From: an uncultured Chloroflexia bacterium
Lineage (GTDB): Bacteria > Chloroflexota > Limnocylindria > Limnocylindrales > CSP1-4
Direction: 5' to 3'
Assembly (NCBI GenBank): GCA_963720965.1
Contig: CAVRHD010000002.1
Coordinates: 729,017-793,016, forward strand
DNA: 64,000 nt
Part shown: positions 49,349 through 58,716 of the stretch, piece after piece
Position numbering within the stretch: the first letter of the stretch is position 1
Layout: each line of letters opens with the position of its first letter
Translations under genes and position numbers: made by a program
The notes under the pieces: generated by a model
Told to the model about the DNA's origin: nothing
The model's database searches: none
The model's input: the letters and a program-made list of their open reading frames with translations, nothing else

Positions 49349-50299
49349 GTGATCGCTGACGGTCATCACGTGAGCTTTGGGATCAAGACGAGTCAAGCGA
49401 ACACGACCTACGCCGAGATCCTGCGGATCTGGCGCGAAGCCGACGAGGTCGAAGCCTTTGAGCACGCCTGGTTGTGGGACCACCTCGTGCCGCTGCGTGG
49501 CGAAGTCACTGGCCCGGCCCTCGAGGCGTGGACCCTCCTCGCGGCGCTCGCGGGTCAGACCTCTCGCCTGCGGCTGGGGATCATCGTGACCAACAATCGG
49601 ATCCGCCCGCCGGCAGTGCTGGCCAAGATGGCCGCCACGGTCGACATCGTTTCGGGCGGCCGGCTCGAGTTCGGGGTCGGTGCCGGTGGCAGCGCGGTCG
49701 CCGACCCCGTCGGACTGGCGATGGTCCATCGCGAGTTCGACGCCTACGGGATCGATGTCGTCTCCCCAGGGGAAGCCGTGGCTGCGCTGGGCGAGGCGTG
49801 CACGATCGTCAAGCGGCTATGGAGCGAGGAGGCTCCGTTCGACTTTGAGGGCCGGTACTACCAACTCAAGGGCGCGATCTGTGAGCCCAAGCCGGTCCAG
49901 CGCCCAGGACCGCCGATCACCATCGGCGCAGCCGGCGAACGGATGGCCCTCCGGGTCGTGGCCGAGCACGCCGATATCTGGAACTGCCCAACCCGGGGCG
50001 ACGTTGACGAGTTCCGCCGCAAGAGTGCCGTCCTGGATGCACACTGCGCCTCGATCGGACGGGATCCCGCTGAGATCATCCGCTCCGTCCAGATCCTCGT
50101 CGCCACCGAAGCCGCGGGCGGTGCAGCGCCCAGTGCCGGCGTGCTCCCTCGATATTTTGATCCCGCGGCCGCACGCGATCTGATCCTTGAGCTCACCGAG
50201 GCAGGCGCTCGCCACTTCGTCCTGGCTCCGGTCGGGTATCAATCCCCCCGGGCACTCGCCGAAGCAATCGTCATACCCGTGCTCGCGACCATCGGCTAA
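49349..50299 (+). CDS. LLM-class (luciferase-like) flavin/F420-dependent oxidoreductase
   Basis: FEHAWLWDHL, RLRLGIIVTNNRIRPPAVLAKMAATVDIVSGGRLEFGVGAG. Confidence 0.8.
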   Translation: MIADGHHVSFGIKTSQANTTYAEILRIWREADEVEAFEHAWLWDHLVPLRGEVTGPALEAWTLLAALAGQTSRLRLGIIVTNNRIRPPAVLAKMAATVDIVSGGRLEFGVGAGGSAVADPVGLAMVHREFDAYGIDVVSPGEAVAALGEACTIVKRLWSEEAPFDFEGRYYQLKGAICEPKPVQRPGPPITIGAAGERMALRVVAEHADIWNCPTRGDVDEFRRKSAVLDAHCASIGRDPAEIIRSVQILVATEAAGGAAPSAGVLPRYFDPAAARDLILELTEAGARHFVLAPVGYQSPRALAEAIVIPVLATIG

Positions 50300-50585
50300 A
50301 CCCGTCCCGGCACGATCACGACGGAGGCGCAGGAGGCCTTCGTGCTTGACTGGGTGCCGAACAGCCGGTAATGGAGACGAGCGCGATCTCCGAATGGTCT
50401 TGCTAGAGCATCCGTGGTTTGGGCAGTAGGCGGACGGGATCGACGAGTGCCGGATCGGAGAGAAGCGCTGGCGCTGAAGTCCGGCCTGTGCCAAGACCCG
50501 CTGTAGGCCCTGCGTGACGCTCCGAGAGCCGACCGGGGCGTGAACAGCGGTGCATCAAATCACCGAAACGACCCTGGATGCCCAA

Positions 50586-50610
50586 AAGTACTAGTCCCCC
50601 TTAGTACTAT
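50586..50610. promoter_or_regulatory. AT-rich palindrome AGTACTA-N8-TAGTACT (possible operator/promoter element)
   Basis: Perfect 7-bp inverted repeat (50587-50593 / 50602-50608), conspicuous in GC-rich DNA and immediately upstream of ORF 50617. Confidence 0.3.
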
Positions 50611-50616
50611 CGGGCC

Positions 50617-51430
50617 ATGCTGCAAGTGGGGGCGTGGCCGAGTCGCTTGGCGTCGGACGCGGCCAGGGTCAGTCGTCCGATTTCGTCGTTGGGATCCATT
50701 CGGGTCTCACGGATGCTCGCGCTCTCTAGCTGCGGCCTGCTTGCCCTTTTGCTCGCCGTCCAGGTGATCGTCGCGACCCATCCAGGCGGGATGCTGTCCG
50801 GGCAGCTCGGGTTCGATTACGACATGTACATGAACGCGACCCGGCGGTTCCTGGCAGGCGGAGGTTTCTACGCTCCCGGCCAGCTGGCCGGGCCGTATGC
50901 GGTCACGGACGGCAACATCCTGTACCCACCGAGCTCCCTCGCCCTGCTCGTGCCCTTCACCCTCCTGCCGGCCGTGCTGTGGTGGGCGGTCCCGCTCGGG
51001 ATCATCGGCTGGGTAATCGCGACCGACCGACCATCCCCGTGGGCCTTGGCGGCGATCCTTGCGCTCCTGGTATTGCCAGTTCCATTCGACTGGCACTTTT
51101 CTCATGCGCTCGTGCTCGTTGCGACCGGCAATCCGGCGATGTGGATCGCGGCGGCGGTGGCGGTCGGGACGCGCTGGGGCTGGCCGGCGGCGTTCGTCCT
51201 GCTCAAACCATCGGTGGCGCCATTCGCTCTGATCGGGATCCGATCGCGAGGCTGGTGGGTTGCGGCTGGCGTGATCGTCGACCTTCTCCCTGGCCATGCT
51301 CCCGCTGTGGCTCGAGTACGTGACCGCGGTGATGAACGCACGCGGACCGAGGGCGACCCTGCTCTACTCCGTCACGGATGTGCCGCTGATGCTGATTCCG
51401 ATCGTTGCTTGGCTGGGACGGCGGAAGTGA
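50617..51430 (+). pseudogene. DUF2029/GT87-like integral membrane protein, frame change near 51280
   Basis: GFDYDMYMNATRRFLAGGGFY...ILYPPSSLALLVPFTLLP, followed by multiple TM helices. After ...AAGVIV the natural sequence continues in another frame (SLAMLPLWLEYVTAVMNARG...IPIVAWLGRRK*). The start is uncertain (50617 or 50713). Confidence 0.5.
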
Positions 51431-51662
51431 GCAAGCACGAAGGCCGACTGATGCTCCTCATCGCCCTGTCCGTGGTCGTAGTCATCGGGATCATCCTGGC
51501 GTTTCAATCGTTCGCGTAGGCGCGACGAACGAGCTGACACGTCAACCAGGGACCGGCGCAAGGGCTAATCTAGTGGTGCCGAGCCCGGGTGGTGAGCATC
51601 GCGAACCTGCGGTCCCCGGTCGGGCCGAAGGAAACCGCGTTTGGGAGGCTTGGCATCCGGAC

Positions 51663-52058
51663 ATGAAAGTGCCCCTGATCCTCGTGGCGATTGTCGCAAT
51701 CGCCTGCTCGGGCTGCGCAGCCGCAGCTTCCACCGCGCCTTCGGCGCCGGCAACCGCGTCCGCCGCAGGAGTGGTCTGCGATCAGGCGCAGTTCGCGCCG
51801 CCTCCGACCCTCACCTGCGCCCCCGCGGTCGCTGCGGCGGTGGCCGCGCTCCCAGCCGCGCATCCGCCGATCATTCGGCAGGAGTTCCGCTGGGGTGGCC
51901 TGTGTGCGCCCGGGGCTTCCTGCGCCCCGCCGCTCGGCGACCAGGGGATCGTGATCTTCGACTTCGCGAGCGGGCCGTCGCTGGTCGTGTACGTGAGCGC
52001 CGGGAATGGTGGGGCGGTTGCTTCAGGCTCACCGGCGCCCTACCCATCGGGTTACTGA
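51663..52058 (+). CDS. lipoprotein (hypothetical)
   Basis: MKVPLILVAIVAIACSGC lipobox; Cys-containing mature part. Confidence 0.6.
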   Translation: MKVPLILVAIVAIACSGCAAAASTAPSAPATASAAGVVCDQAQFAPPPTLTCAPAVAAAVAALPAAHPPIIRQEFRWGGLCAPGASCAPPLGDQGIVIFDFASGPSLVVYVSAGNGGAVASGSPAPYPSGY

Positions 52059-52219
52059 CGACCCTGGCGTCCGCCCGGGATCGTGCACGCGATCCTGTTC
52101 AGGGCCAGGCGCAGCGACTATAGTTAGCGGCCCATAGCGCGCAGATTGACCGTCCTCACAAGGTCGCTTCGGCTCGCGCGATAGTCATCGGCGCTGCCGG
52201 ATCCCAAAGGGAGCATGGA

Positions 52220-52657
52220 ATGACACTCGGTCCGCTCGAATACACGGTCATCGGCTTCGATGGCAACCGGTTCAATGGCGAGATCTCCAAGGAGATCGAA
52301 AAGGTCGTCGAGAAGCGGATCATCCGCCTCGTCGATGTCGTCGCCGTGACCAAGGATATCGACGGCGAGGTCTCGATCCTCGAGATCGACTCAAAGGGAG
52401 ACCCCCGCTTCGCGGGATTCGCCCCGATGATGGAAGACCTGATGGGCCTGCTGACGCCCGAGGATATCGGCACGCTGGCCGATGAGCTGCCCAAGAACAC
52501 CTCGGCGCTGATCCTGCTCTTCGAGCATCGCTGGGCGGAGAAGATCAAGGATGCGATCACGGACGCCGGCGGCTTCCTCGTGGCTCGTCGGCTGATCCCG
52601 CCGGAGGCGTTGGAGATGGTCAACGCCGAGCTCGAAGCAGAGTCGACCCCGGCCTGA
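52220..52657 (+). CDS. DUF6325-like protein (paralog of 61582..62025)
   Basis: MTLGPLEYTVIGFDGNRF...IRLVDVVAVTKDIDGEV...SALILLFEHRWA aligns by eye with MSLGPVELIVLHFEGNAF...VRILDLLFEVKDQDGRL...AALILFEDCWA. Confidence 0.7.
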   Translation: MTLGPLEYTVIGFDGNRFNGEISKEIEKVVEKRIIRLVDVVAVTKDIDGEVSILEIDSKGDPRFAGFAPMMEDLMGLLTPEDIGTLADELPKNTSALILLFEHRWAEKIKDAITDAGGFLVARRLIPPEALEMVNAELEAESTPA

Positions 52658-52694
52658 CGGCCCGGCCCAGGACAAGAGGAAGGATCAAACCAAG

Positions 52695-53021
52695 ATGATG
52701 CGACGGCGTGGACCAGGACTCCTCATGACGGCGGCCGTAGTCGGCACCGCGGCGCACGTTGGCGCCTCCAGCGCCAACAAGAGTGCCCAGGCGCAGGCCA
52801 ACGAGCAGGCCCAGAACCAGCAGCTGGCCGACCTCCAGGCCCAGAACGCGATGATGCAGCAGCAGCTCGCCTCGGCTCCGCCGCCGGCAGCCGCAGCCCC
52901 CGCGGCCGCGCCGGTTGACCCGACGATGGCCCAGCTCCAGAACCTCGCGAACCTCCACAACCAGGGAATCCTGAGCGACGAGGAGTTCGCGGCAGCCAAG
53001 GGCAAGCTGCTCGGAATCTAG
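52695..53021 (+). CDS. SHOCT-domain protein
   Basis: C-terminal LANLHNQGILSDEEFAAAKGKLLGI is a SHOCT motif. The N-terminal RRRGPGLLMTAAVVGTAA is shared with 62052..62375. Confidence 0.75.
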   Translation: MMRRRGPGLLMTAAVVGTAAHVGASSANKSAQAQANEQAQNQQLADLQAQNAMMQQQLASAPPPAAAAPAAAPVDPTMAQLQNLANLHNQGILSDEEFAAAKGKLLGI

Positions 53022-53091
53022 GCCTTCGCCCGAATCTGAAACCGTACCGTCGTCCCGGCCTGGCACGGAGCCATCGCCGGGACGATCCGTG

Positions 53092-55239
53092 TCAGCCGGC
53101 CGGCGAGGTTGAGGGCGCCGGCTCCGCCCCGCTCCCGGCGGCCGGGGCAACCGTGCCCGGCTTCCCGAGCTGGATCCCGATCTCGCCCAGCCAGCGGCGC
53201 AGGTTCCGGTAGATCGCGGGAGCGCCCAGCGGCACGTCCTCGTCGAGGGTCCACTCGGTTGGGTGGAGGATGAACGGCTCGGTCTGGGGACCGCCCAGGC
53301 CGCCGTGCGATCCGATCAGCTCCTCGAACGCGGCAACCTCTCCGAGCTCAGGGTCGTATTGGCTGAGCAGCAGCAGGTCCGGCGCGTGGGTCATCGCGTC
53401 CTCACGCTTGAGGCTCATGATCGTGTGCGGTCCGAACAACGTCGCCGGATCCTCGCCCTCGACTCGATCCTGGTCGAGGAAGCGGGTCCCTTTCGGGCCG
53501 AAGACGACCGCACCGAATTCCTTCGAACGGACCAGGAGCAACCCGACGCCGGGATGTGCCGCGACCGAGGCGACGAGCCCGGGATGGAGCTCCTCGAGCT
53601 CCTCCACGGTCAGCCGATGGTCATGACCGGTGAACCAGACGAGGCCGAGATTGCCCGAGCCGACGACCGCGATTGAAGCAGCGTCCGGGATCGGCGGCTC
53701 GGCTTCGTCCTGGTCGAGGTCGACCACGCCGTCGGTCGTCCTGCTCTTGAGGGCGGCCCGGGCGACGGTCGGGCCGACGCCCTTGCTCGACGTGATCTCG
53801 GACAGGAAGGCGTTGACGAATGTCGAGCCCTCGGCCTTGGTCCTGGTCTGGATGAGCGTTGCTCGCCCGCTCATCAGGCTGCGGACGTATTCGCCCAGGC
53901 TCACGCCGTAGCGCTGGAGGAAGGTCTCACCCAGGCTCTGGCCGTGATCGGACAGGACGATGAACTTGTACGGACGGGGCGCTTCGTCGGTCGCCTTGAT
54001 CAGCGTGGCGATCGCGCCATCGACACCGTCAAGGGCTTCGAGCGATTCGACCCGCTCCGGCCCGCAGTGGTGGGCCAGCTCGTCGTAGTCGGTGAAGTCT
54101 GCGTAGATGACGTTCGTGCCGCGGTACATCTCCTCGATGATCAGCGAGGTGTTGACGTCCCGCAGCAGGACGTTGCTGGCGGCCCGCATGCCAGCGTACT
54201 TCATGCCCCGATGCATCTGCGGCCGAATCCCTGACCGCCGGGTTCGCCGCGCCTGGGTCAGTTCCTTGATGAACTCACCGAGGAACAGGGTGAACGAGCG
54301 GAGATAGGCGGTCGGGCTGAAGAAGAACGACAGGAACGCCTTGCTGTCGCCGATCCCGCCGCCCTCCGCCTTGATCGCGGCGGTTGTCAGGTACGACCGG
54401 GTCGCATCGCCGGTGAGCAGGTTGCAGATGCTCGCCCCGTTGTTCGAGAGCAGGCCTTCGCCGTTCGAGATCCGGGACACGATCAGGGTTGCATCGACCG
54501 GGTTGCTCGAAGCCATCAGGTGGTCCCGGTCGCGCTCATACCAGCGGAATGCCGGGATGCCGTCGTTGTTGCCATGCAGGATCCCGGCCTGGCTGCCGGA
54601 GGTCATCGAGGGCAGGATCGCTTCCCAGCGTGACAGCTTGTGGCTGCCGTCGCGGACCAGGCCGGCCATCGTGTTGACCGACCCGGCTCGCATCCGGCCG
54701 GCCAGGATCGGATGGGCCAGGCCGTCGATCTGGATGATCACCAGGCCCGGCTTGTCCGAGTGGCCGGCCGAGCGCCTGACCATCAGGCGCTGGATGAGCA
54801 CCCCGTAGTACGAACCGCCCCGGTCGATACCGAGGATCGCGGTCAGGATCGTGTTGATGATCGCGTAGATGAACGAGCCAACCAGGGCGGTTCCGAAGCT
54901 GTCGACATGGACGCCCGGCGCCCATTGGGCGACGACGATGAACGAGACGACCTGCAGGACGAGGACGAGGACTCCCACCAGGATCAGCGAGACAGGGGCC
55001 GCCACGGTCAGGACCACCGGCCGAACGATCGCGTTGAACAGGGCGATCAGGACGACGGCGAACACCGCGTCCAGCGGTCGGTCGATGGTCATCCGCGGCA
55101 GGAGCCAGGTCGTTACGAGGAACGACACCGTCGCCACGATCAGGGTGATCAGCAGCCGCTTCACGAGAGCCACCCGGCCGCCGCGCCACTCCCGCAGCAC
55201 GCGCACCTGGATCGCGTAGAAGTCGATCAGCCGTCGCAT
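53092..55239 (-). CDS. fusion protein: holin-family-4/DUF360-like membrane domain + alkaline-phosphatase-superfamily (nucleotide pyrophosphatase/phosphodiesterase-like) domain
   Basis: The N-terminal 4-TM region is (LLITLIVATVSFLVTTWLL...FNAIVRPVVLTVAAPVSLILVGVLVLVLQ...). It is followed by GLVIIQIDGLAH, DYDELAHHCGP, and VLSDHGQS. Start MRRLIDF at 55239. Confidence 0.7.
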   Translation of the reverse strand: MRRLIDFYAIQVRVLREWRGGRVALVKRLLITLIVATVSFLVTTWLLPRMTIDRPLDAVFAVVLIALFNAIVRPVVLTVAAPVSLILVGVLVLVLQVVSFIVVAQWAPGVHVDSFGTALVGSFIYAIINTILTAILGIDRGGSYYGVLIQRLMVRRSAGHSDKPGLVIIQIDGLAHPILAGRMRAGSVNTMAGLVRDGSHKLSRWEAILPSMTSGSQAGILHGNNDGIPAFRWYERDRDHLMASSNPVDATLIVSRISNGEGLLSNNGASICNLLTGDATRSYLTTAAIKAEGGGIGDSKAFLSFFFSPTAYLRSFTLFLGEFIKELTQARRTRRSGIRPQMHRGMKYAGMRAASNVLLRDVNTSLIIEEMYRGTNVIYADFTDYDELAHHCGPERVESLEALDGVDGAIATLIKATDEAPRPYKFIVLSDHGQSLGETFLQRYGVSLGEYVRSLMSGRATLIQTRTKAEGSTFVNAFLSEITSSKGVGPTVARAALKSRTTDGVVDLDQDEAEPPIPDAASIAVVGSGNLGLVWFTGHDHRLTVEELEELHPGLVASVAAHPGVGLLLVRSKEFGAVVFGPKGTRFLDQDRVEGEDPATLFGPHTIMSLKREDAMTHAPDLLLLSQYDPELGEVAAFEELIGSHGGLGGPQTEPFILHPTEWTLDEDVPLGAPAIYRNLRRWLGEIGIQLGKPGTVAPAAGSGAEPAPSTSPAG

Positions 55240-55267
55240 CGTCAGTGTCTCCCGAGTCGTGCAACCG

Positions 55268-55561
55268 TCACTGGTAGTAGCTGCGGGCCCTGCCCCGATT
55301 GCCAAAGGCGCCGCCGCCGTACGTGCCCAGATCGAGGAGCACGGCCAGGCCCACGAAGATCCAGCCGAGAGGCGAAAGGCCGCCGACGCCCCAGGCCAGG
55401 ACGTACATGATCGTGGTCCACGGCAGGAACACGAATCCGAGCGCCGGCACGAGACCCTGGTTGTTGAAGACGAGAGCCCAGCGGGCCGGGTCCGTCAGCC
55501 ACCAGAACACGATGGCGAACCGCGGTCCGAGGATTCCCAGGATGGCAACGGCGCAACACAT
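55268..55561 (-). CDS. small membrane protein (hypothetical)
   Basis: Three hydrophobic segments; same strand and tightly spaced with its neighbours. Confidence 0.5.
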   Translation of the reverse strand: MCCAVAILGILGPRFAIVFWWLTDPARWALVFNNQGLVPALGFVFLPWTTIMYVLAWGVGGLSPLGWIFVGLAVLLDLGTYGGGAFGNRGRARSYYQ

Positions 55562-55654
55562 GGGCAGGGCCTCCAGAGACCGACCGGCGGATGCCGATCG
55601 GTCTCGACGGGTGGCCGGCCTGGTTGGCGGGCCGGATTCCCGGCCTCGCGACGA

Positions 55655-56233
55655 TTAGCTTGTCGGAGCGGTCGGATCAGTCGGAGGGGCGGGCGGAGTC
55701 GGGGCCGGAGCGGCCGGGGCCGGAGCTGCGGGAGCCGGAGCTGCCGCTGCCGGCGAAGCGGCCGCCGTTGCCTGGGCCATCGCCGCCTGGGCCACCGCCA
55801 TCTGCTCCATCGCAGCCTTCTGCTCTGGAGTCAGCAGCGACATCTCATGCTTCATGAACTGGTCGCGCACCCCGGGGTAGTTGAGGTAGAAGAACACGGC
55901 GATCGCGAGCAGCCAGCCGACGCTCTCCGCTTCCATCGTCGACCCAAACAGGAGGGCGAAGAAGCCGAAGATCAGGGTAAAGATGCTGATGTAGATGCCG
56001 AACGCCCAGGCGTACGCGCGCATGTTCCAGAGGCCCAGGGCCACCCAGAACCAGATGGCAGCCAGGATGACGGCCCACAGGACCGAGCCCCATTGGGGAT
56101 TGGGGAACGAGACCGCGTTGCCGACAAACGTGAAGCTCACCGCGCCCATGAAGACGAGCGCCCGCCAGACCTCGAAGATACCGGCAAGCCCGGCCAGGAT
56201 GGCCAGGATCGTGACGCCAATGGGTCGATGCAT
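55655..56233 (-). CDS. membrane protein with Ala/Pro-rich tail (hypothetical)
   Basis: Four or five TM helices, then a helical segment and an (AAPAP)n-like tail. Confidence 0.55.
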   Translation of the reverse strand: MHRPIGVTILAILAGLAGIFEVWRALVFMGAVSFTFVGNAVSFPNPQWGSVLWAVILAAIWFWVALGLWNMRAYAWAFGIYISIFTLIFGFFALLFGSTMEAESVGWLLAIAVFFYLNYPGVRDQFMKHEMSLLTPEQKAAMEQMAVAQAAMAQATAAASPAAAAPAPAAPAPAAPAPTPPAPPTDPTAPTS

Positions 56234-56386
56234 GGTCCGTAGGCCTCCCTCGTGATTGCTGCGCGGATGCTGCGCGCCTCGTCTATCGCAGCATAGCCGC
56301 CGTGAGAAGCCTCCGCCATCCCGTCGAACATCGAATCAGCGGTCCGCCGACGCCAGTCGAGGACCGCTGATTCAGCGGTGCCGTGG

Positions 56387-57022
56387 TCAGCTTGCGGCCG
56401 GCGCCGGCGTATCGGTCGGCTTGTCGGCCGCGGCGGCCACGTCCTTGATCTCGCTGGCGGTCTTCTCGTCGACCGTCACCGACTCGACCTTCTCGGCCGA
56501 CGCCATCTTCTTCTCCACGGCCGGGACGTCCTCGGCGGTGACCAGGGCCAGGATGCCCGACGTGCCGGGTGTGATCACATCGGTCAGGGCGTGCTCGACA
56601 TCGAGCCGGTGCGAAAGGTTGCGCGCCTTGCCGGCGGTCATCCCGGCGACGCCCAGCACGGCGGCGCTGGCGATGATCGTCGCGGGCAGGAAGATCCCGG
56701 CGACCACGCCGCCGACGATGCCCCACTTGAGCCCGGTCCTGGTGCTGTGATCGGTCATCTTCTCGACGCGCAGCCGTCCGTCCGCATCCGCCTTGACGAC
56801 CAGCACGCCGTCGATGTGCAGGGCGCCGTCCATCTCCGCATAGAGCAGGTCCTCGTAGGTCAACCGGGCGGCATCCGGGTTGGCGAACCGGGCGACGACC
56901 AGGGCGTGGGTGCCGTCGGTCGCGACTGCGGCTTCGGCCAGCACGCCTTTGTCGTCGGCGATCACGCCGGCCACGATGGTCGTATCAGTGTCGCTCGGTG
57001 CCTGGGTCTTTTCGTCAGACAT
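56387..57022 (-). CDS. DUF1269-like membrane protein
   Basis: A soluble ACT-like N-terminal region plus the glycine-zipper TM LKWGIVGGVVAGIFLPATIIASAAVLGVAGMTAG, then a second soluble repeat. Start MSDEKT. Confidence 0.6.
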   Translation of the reverse strand: MSDEKTQAPSDTDTTIVAGVIADDKGVLAEAAVATDGTHALVVARFANPDAARLTYEDLLYAEMDGALHIDGVLVVKADADGRLRVEKMTDHSTRTGLKWGIVGGVVAGIFLPATIIASAAVLGVAGMTAGKARNLSHRLDVEHALTDVITPGTSGILALVTAEDVPAVEKKMASAEKVESVTVDEKTASEIKDVAAAADKPTDTPAPAAS

Positions 57023-57225
57023 TGGGCCAGTCCTCCGTCGAAATTGGGGCACGCGATCGTGCACGCCCTCGGACAGTTGGAGGGGCCATCCTACCGCGGG
57101 ACCCGCCTGGATGTCAGAGCGGGCCCGGCTGGTCGGACGCCATTCGCAGCCCGGATCGTCTCGACTACGCGAACCGGCGGGCCACGGTTTCGGTCGCGGA
57201 CGGTCGCGCGCGGCAGGGACGCCGG

Positions 57226-58716
57226 CTAGAGGGCCGGTTGAGACACCGCAACCCGACCCGCCTCGATTGCGCTCAAATAGGCCGCGTAGTCGAGCGCATT
57301 ACGGTCGGCGTACGTCTCGGCAAAGTCGGCGATGGCCCCATCGAACGTGTCGCTGGTACCGAGGTAGGCCGCGATCGCGACGGCATCACCGCTCCGGGCA
57401 TGGGCCCGGGCCAGGGCCCAGCCGCACAGACCGGCATAGAAGCCCAGCCCGGGCGGCTGGAGGACCGCGGTGTCGACCGAGCCCTTCATGTCCCACAGCT
57501 GGCGGAAGTAGAAGTCGCGTCCGCCCGGACCCCTGGTCCAGCCCAGGAAGATATCCGGCGTGGCCTGCATCACCTGCTGGCCGACCACCACGCGCTCACC
57601 GTGGTTCTCATGGTGAGAGTGCTCGACGAACGGCTCGAGGACCGACGCGACGGCCTCCTTGGCCTGCAGGATGAGCGGGTCGTTCTCGTCGCGACCCTGG
57701 AGCACGACCACGAAGCAGCGCGTGCCCACACTGCCCACGCCAACCACCTTCAGGGCGGCGTCGACAAAGCGGAATCGCTCGAGGAAGTGGCGCCTCGCTT
57801 CGGGCAAGGTTGCGCGATAGGCGGCGAAGGTCGGCTCAAGCGCGCGCGGTCCGCCCTCGAATTCGACGTGGGTCAGGACGGGCGGATCGTCGAGGATCAC
57901 CCGGCGGCCGTCGACGACCCCGGTCATCGAGGCGAATGCGCGCAACCCGTCGCGCCGGCGGGCCTTGGTGAAGATTGACTCGATCGCCTGCCGGCGGGCT
58001 ACCCCGCTCCGGCCGACGAGCAGGCCGCTGGCCTCGGCCGCGTCGCGGATGTTGGCGTCGGTGATCGACGTGTACTGCAGGTCGGTCAGGCCCATCGTGG
58101 CGAAGCGATCGATCCATTGCCGGTAGCTCCGGACGCCGTGCATCGCGGCGGCGCGGTTCTGGTCCGCATTGAAGCCGTTCGCCCGGCCCGCGATGACCAC
58201 GCTCGCGGCGAGGCGCTTGATATCCCACTCCCAGGGGCCCGGCAGCGTCTCGTCGAAGTCGTTGGTGTCGAAGACAAGGGTTCGTTCGGGCGAAGCGAAC
58301 AGGCCGAAGTTGGACAGGTGGGCGTCACCACTGGCCTGCACGATGATGTCGGTCCGTGGCGCGCCGGACAGGTCAAAGGCGAGCACGGCCGGAGTGCCCC
58401 GGTAGTAGGCGAACGGTGACTCGGCCATCCGCTCGTGGCGGAGCGGCATCAGGTTGGCCAGGCGGTCGGTTTCCTGGGCTTCGAGGATGGCGATCGGGTC
58501 GCGACCAGCCGCCGGTTCGAAGGCGGCATGGCTGACCCGTGGAACGCGCTTCCGGGCGGCCTTGCCCGCCTCGGCCCGCTCCCTCGGGTGGACCCAAGGC
58601 CGGGCGGTCCACACGTTGCCATCGGGTGGGTCAACCTGCCAAGCGGCGTCATAGGCCTCGGCCTTCGACTCGTGCCCCGGGTCGGTTCGCGGCGCACCGT
58701 TGGATTGCTTGCTCAT
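57226..58716 (-). CDS. DUF2252-family protein
   Basis: SPFAYYRGTPAVLAFDL, SGDAHLSNFG, FDTNDFDETLPGPWEWDIKRLAAS. Confidence 0.8.
   Translation of the reverse strand: MSKQSNGAPRTDPGHESKAEAYDAAWQVDPPDGNVWTARPWVHPRERAEAGKAARKRVPRVSHAAFEPAAGRDPIAILEAQETDRLANLMPLRHERMAESPFAYYRGTPAVLAFDLSGAPRTDIIVQASGDAHLSNFGLFASPERTLVFDTNDFDETLPGPWEWDIKRLAASVVIAGRANGFNADQNRAAAMHGVRSYRQWIDRFATMGLTDLQYTSITDANIRDAAEASGLLVGRSGVARRQAIESIFTKARRRDGLRAFASMTGVVDGRRVILDDPPVLTHVEFEGGPRALEPTFAAYRATLPEARRHFLERFRFVDAALKVVGVGSVGTRCFVVVLQGRDENDPLILQAKEAVASVLEPFVEHSHHENHGERVVVGQQVMQATPDIFLGWTRGPGGRDFYFRQLWDMKGSVDTAVLQPPGLGFYAGLCGWALARAHARSGDAVAIAAYLGTSDTFDGAIADFAETYADRNALDYAAYLSAIEAGRVAVSQPAL

Noticed and set aside
51460-51519. 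22-codon hydrophobic mini-ORF (MLLIALSVVVVIGIILAFQSFA) after the GT87-like gene.
   Set aside because: It is too short to support from sequence alone, and it may simply be the tail of the out-of-frame reading reported in the ORF track.
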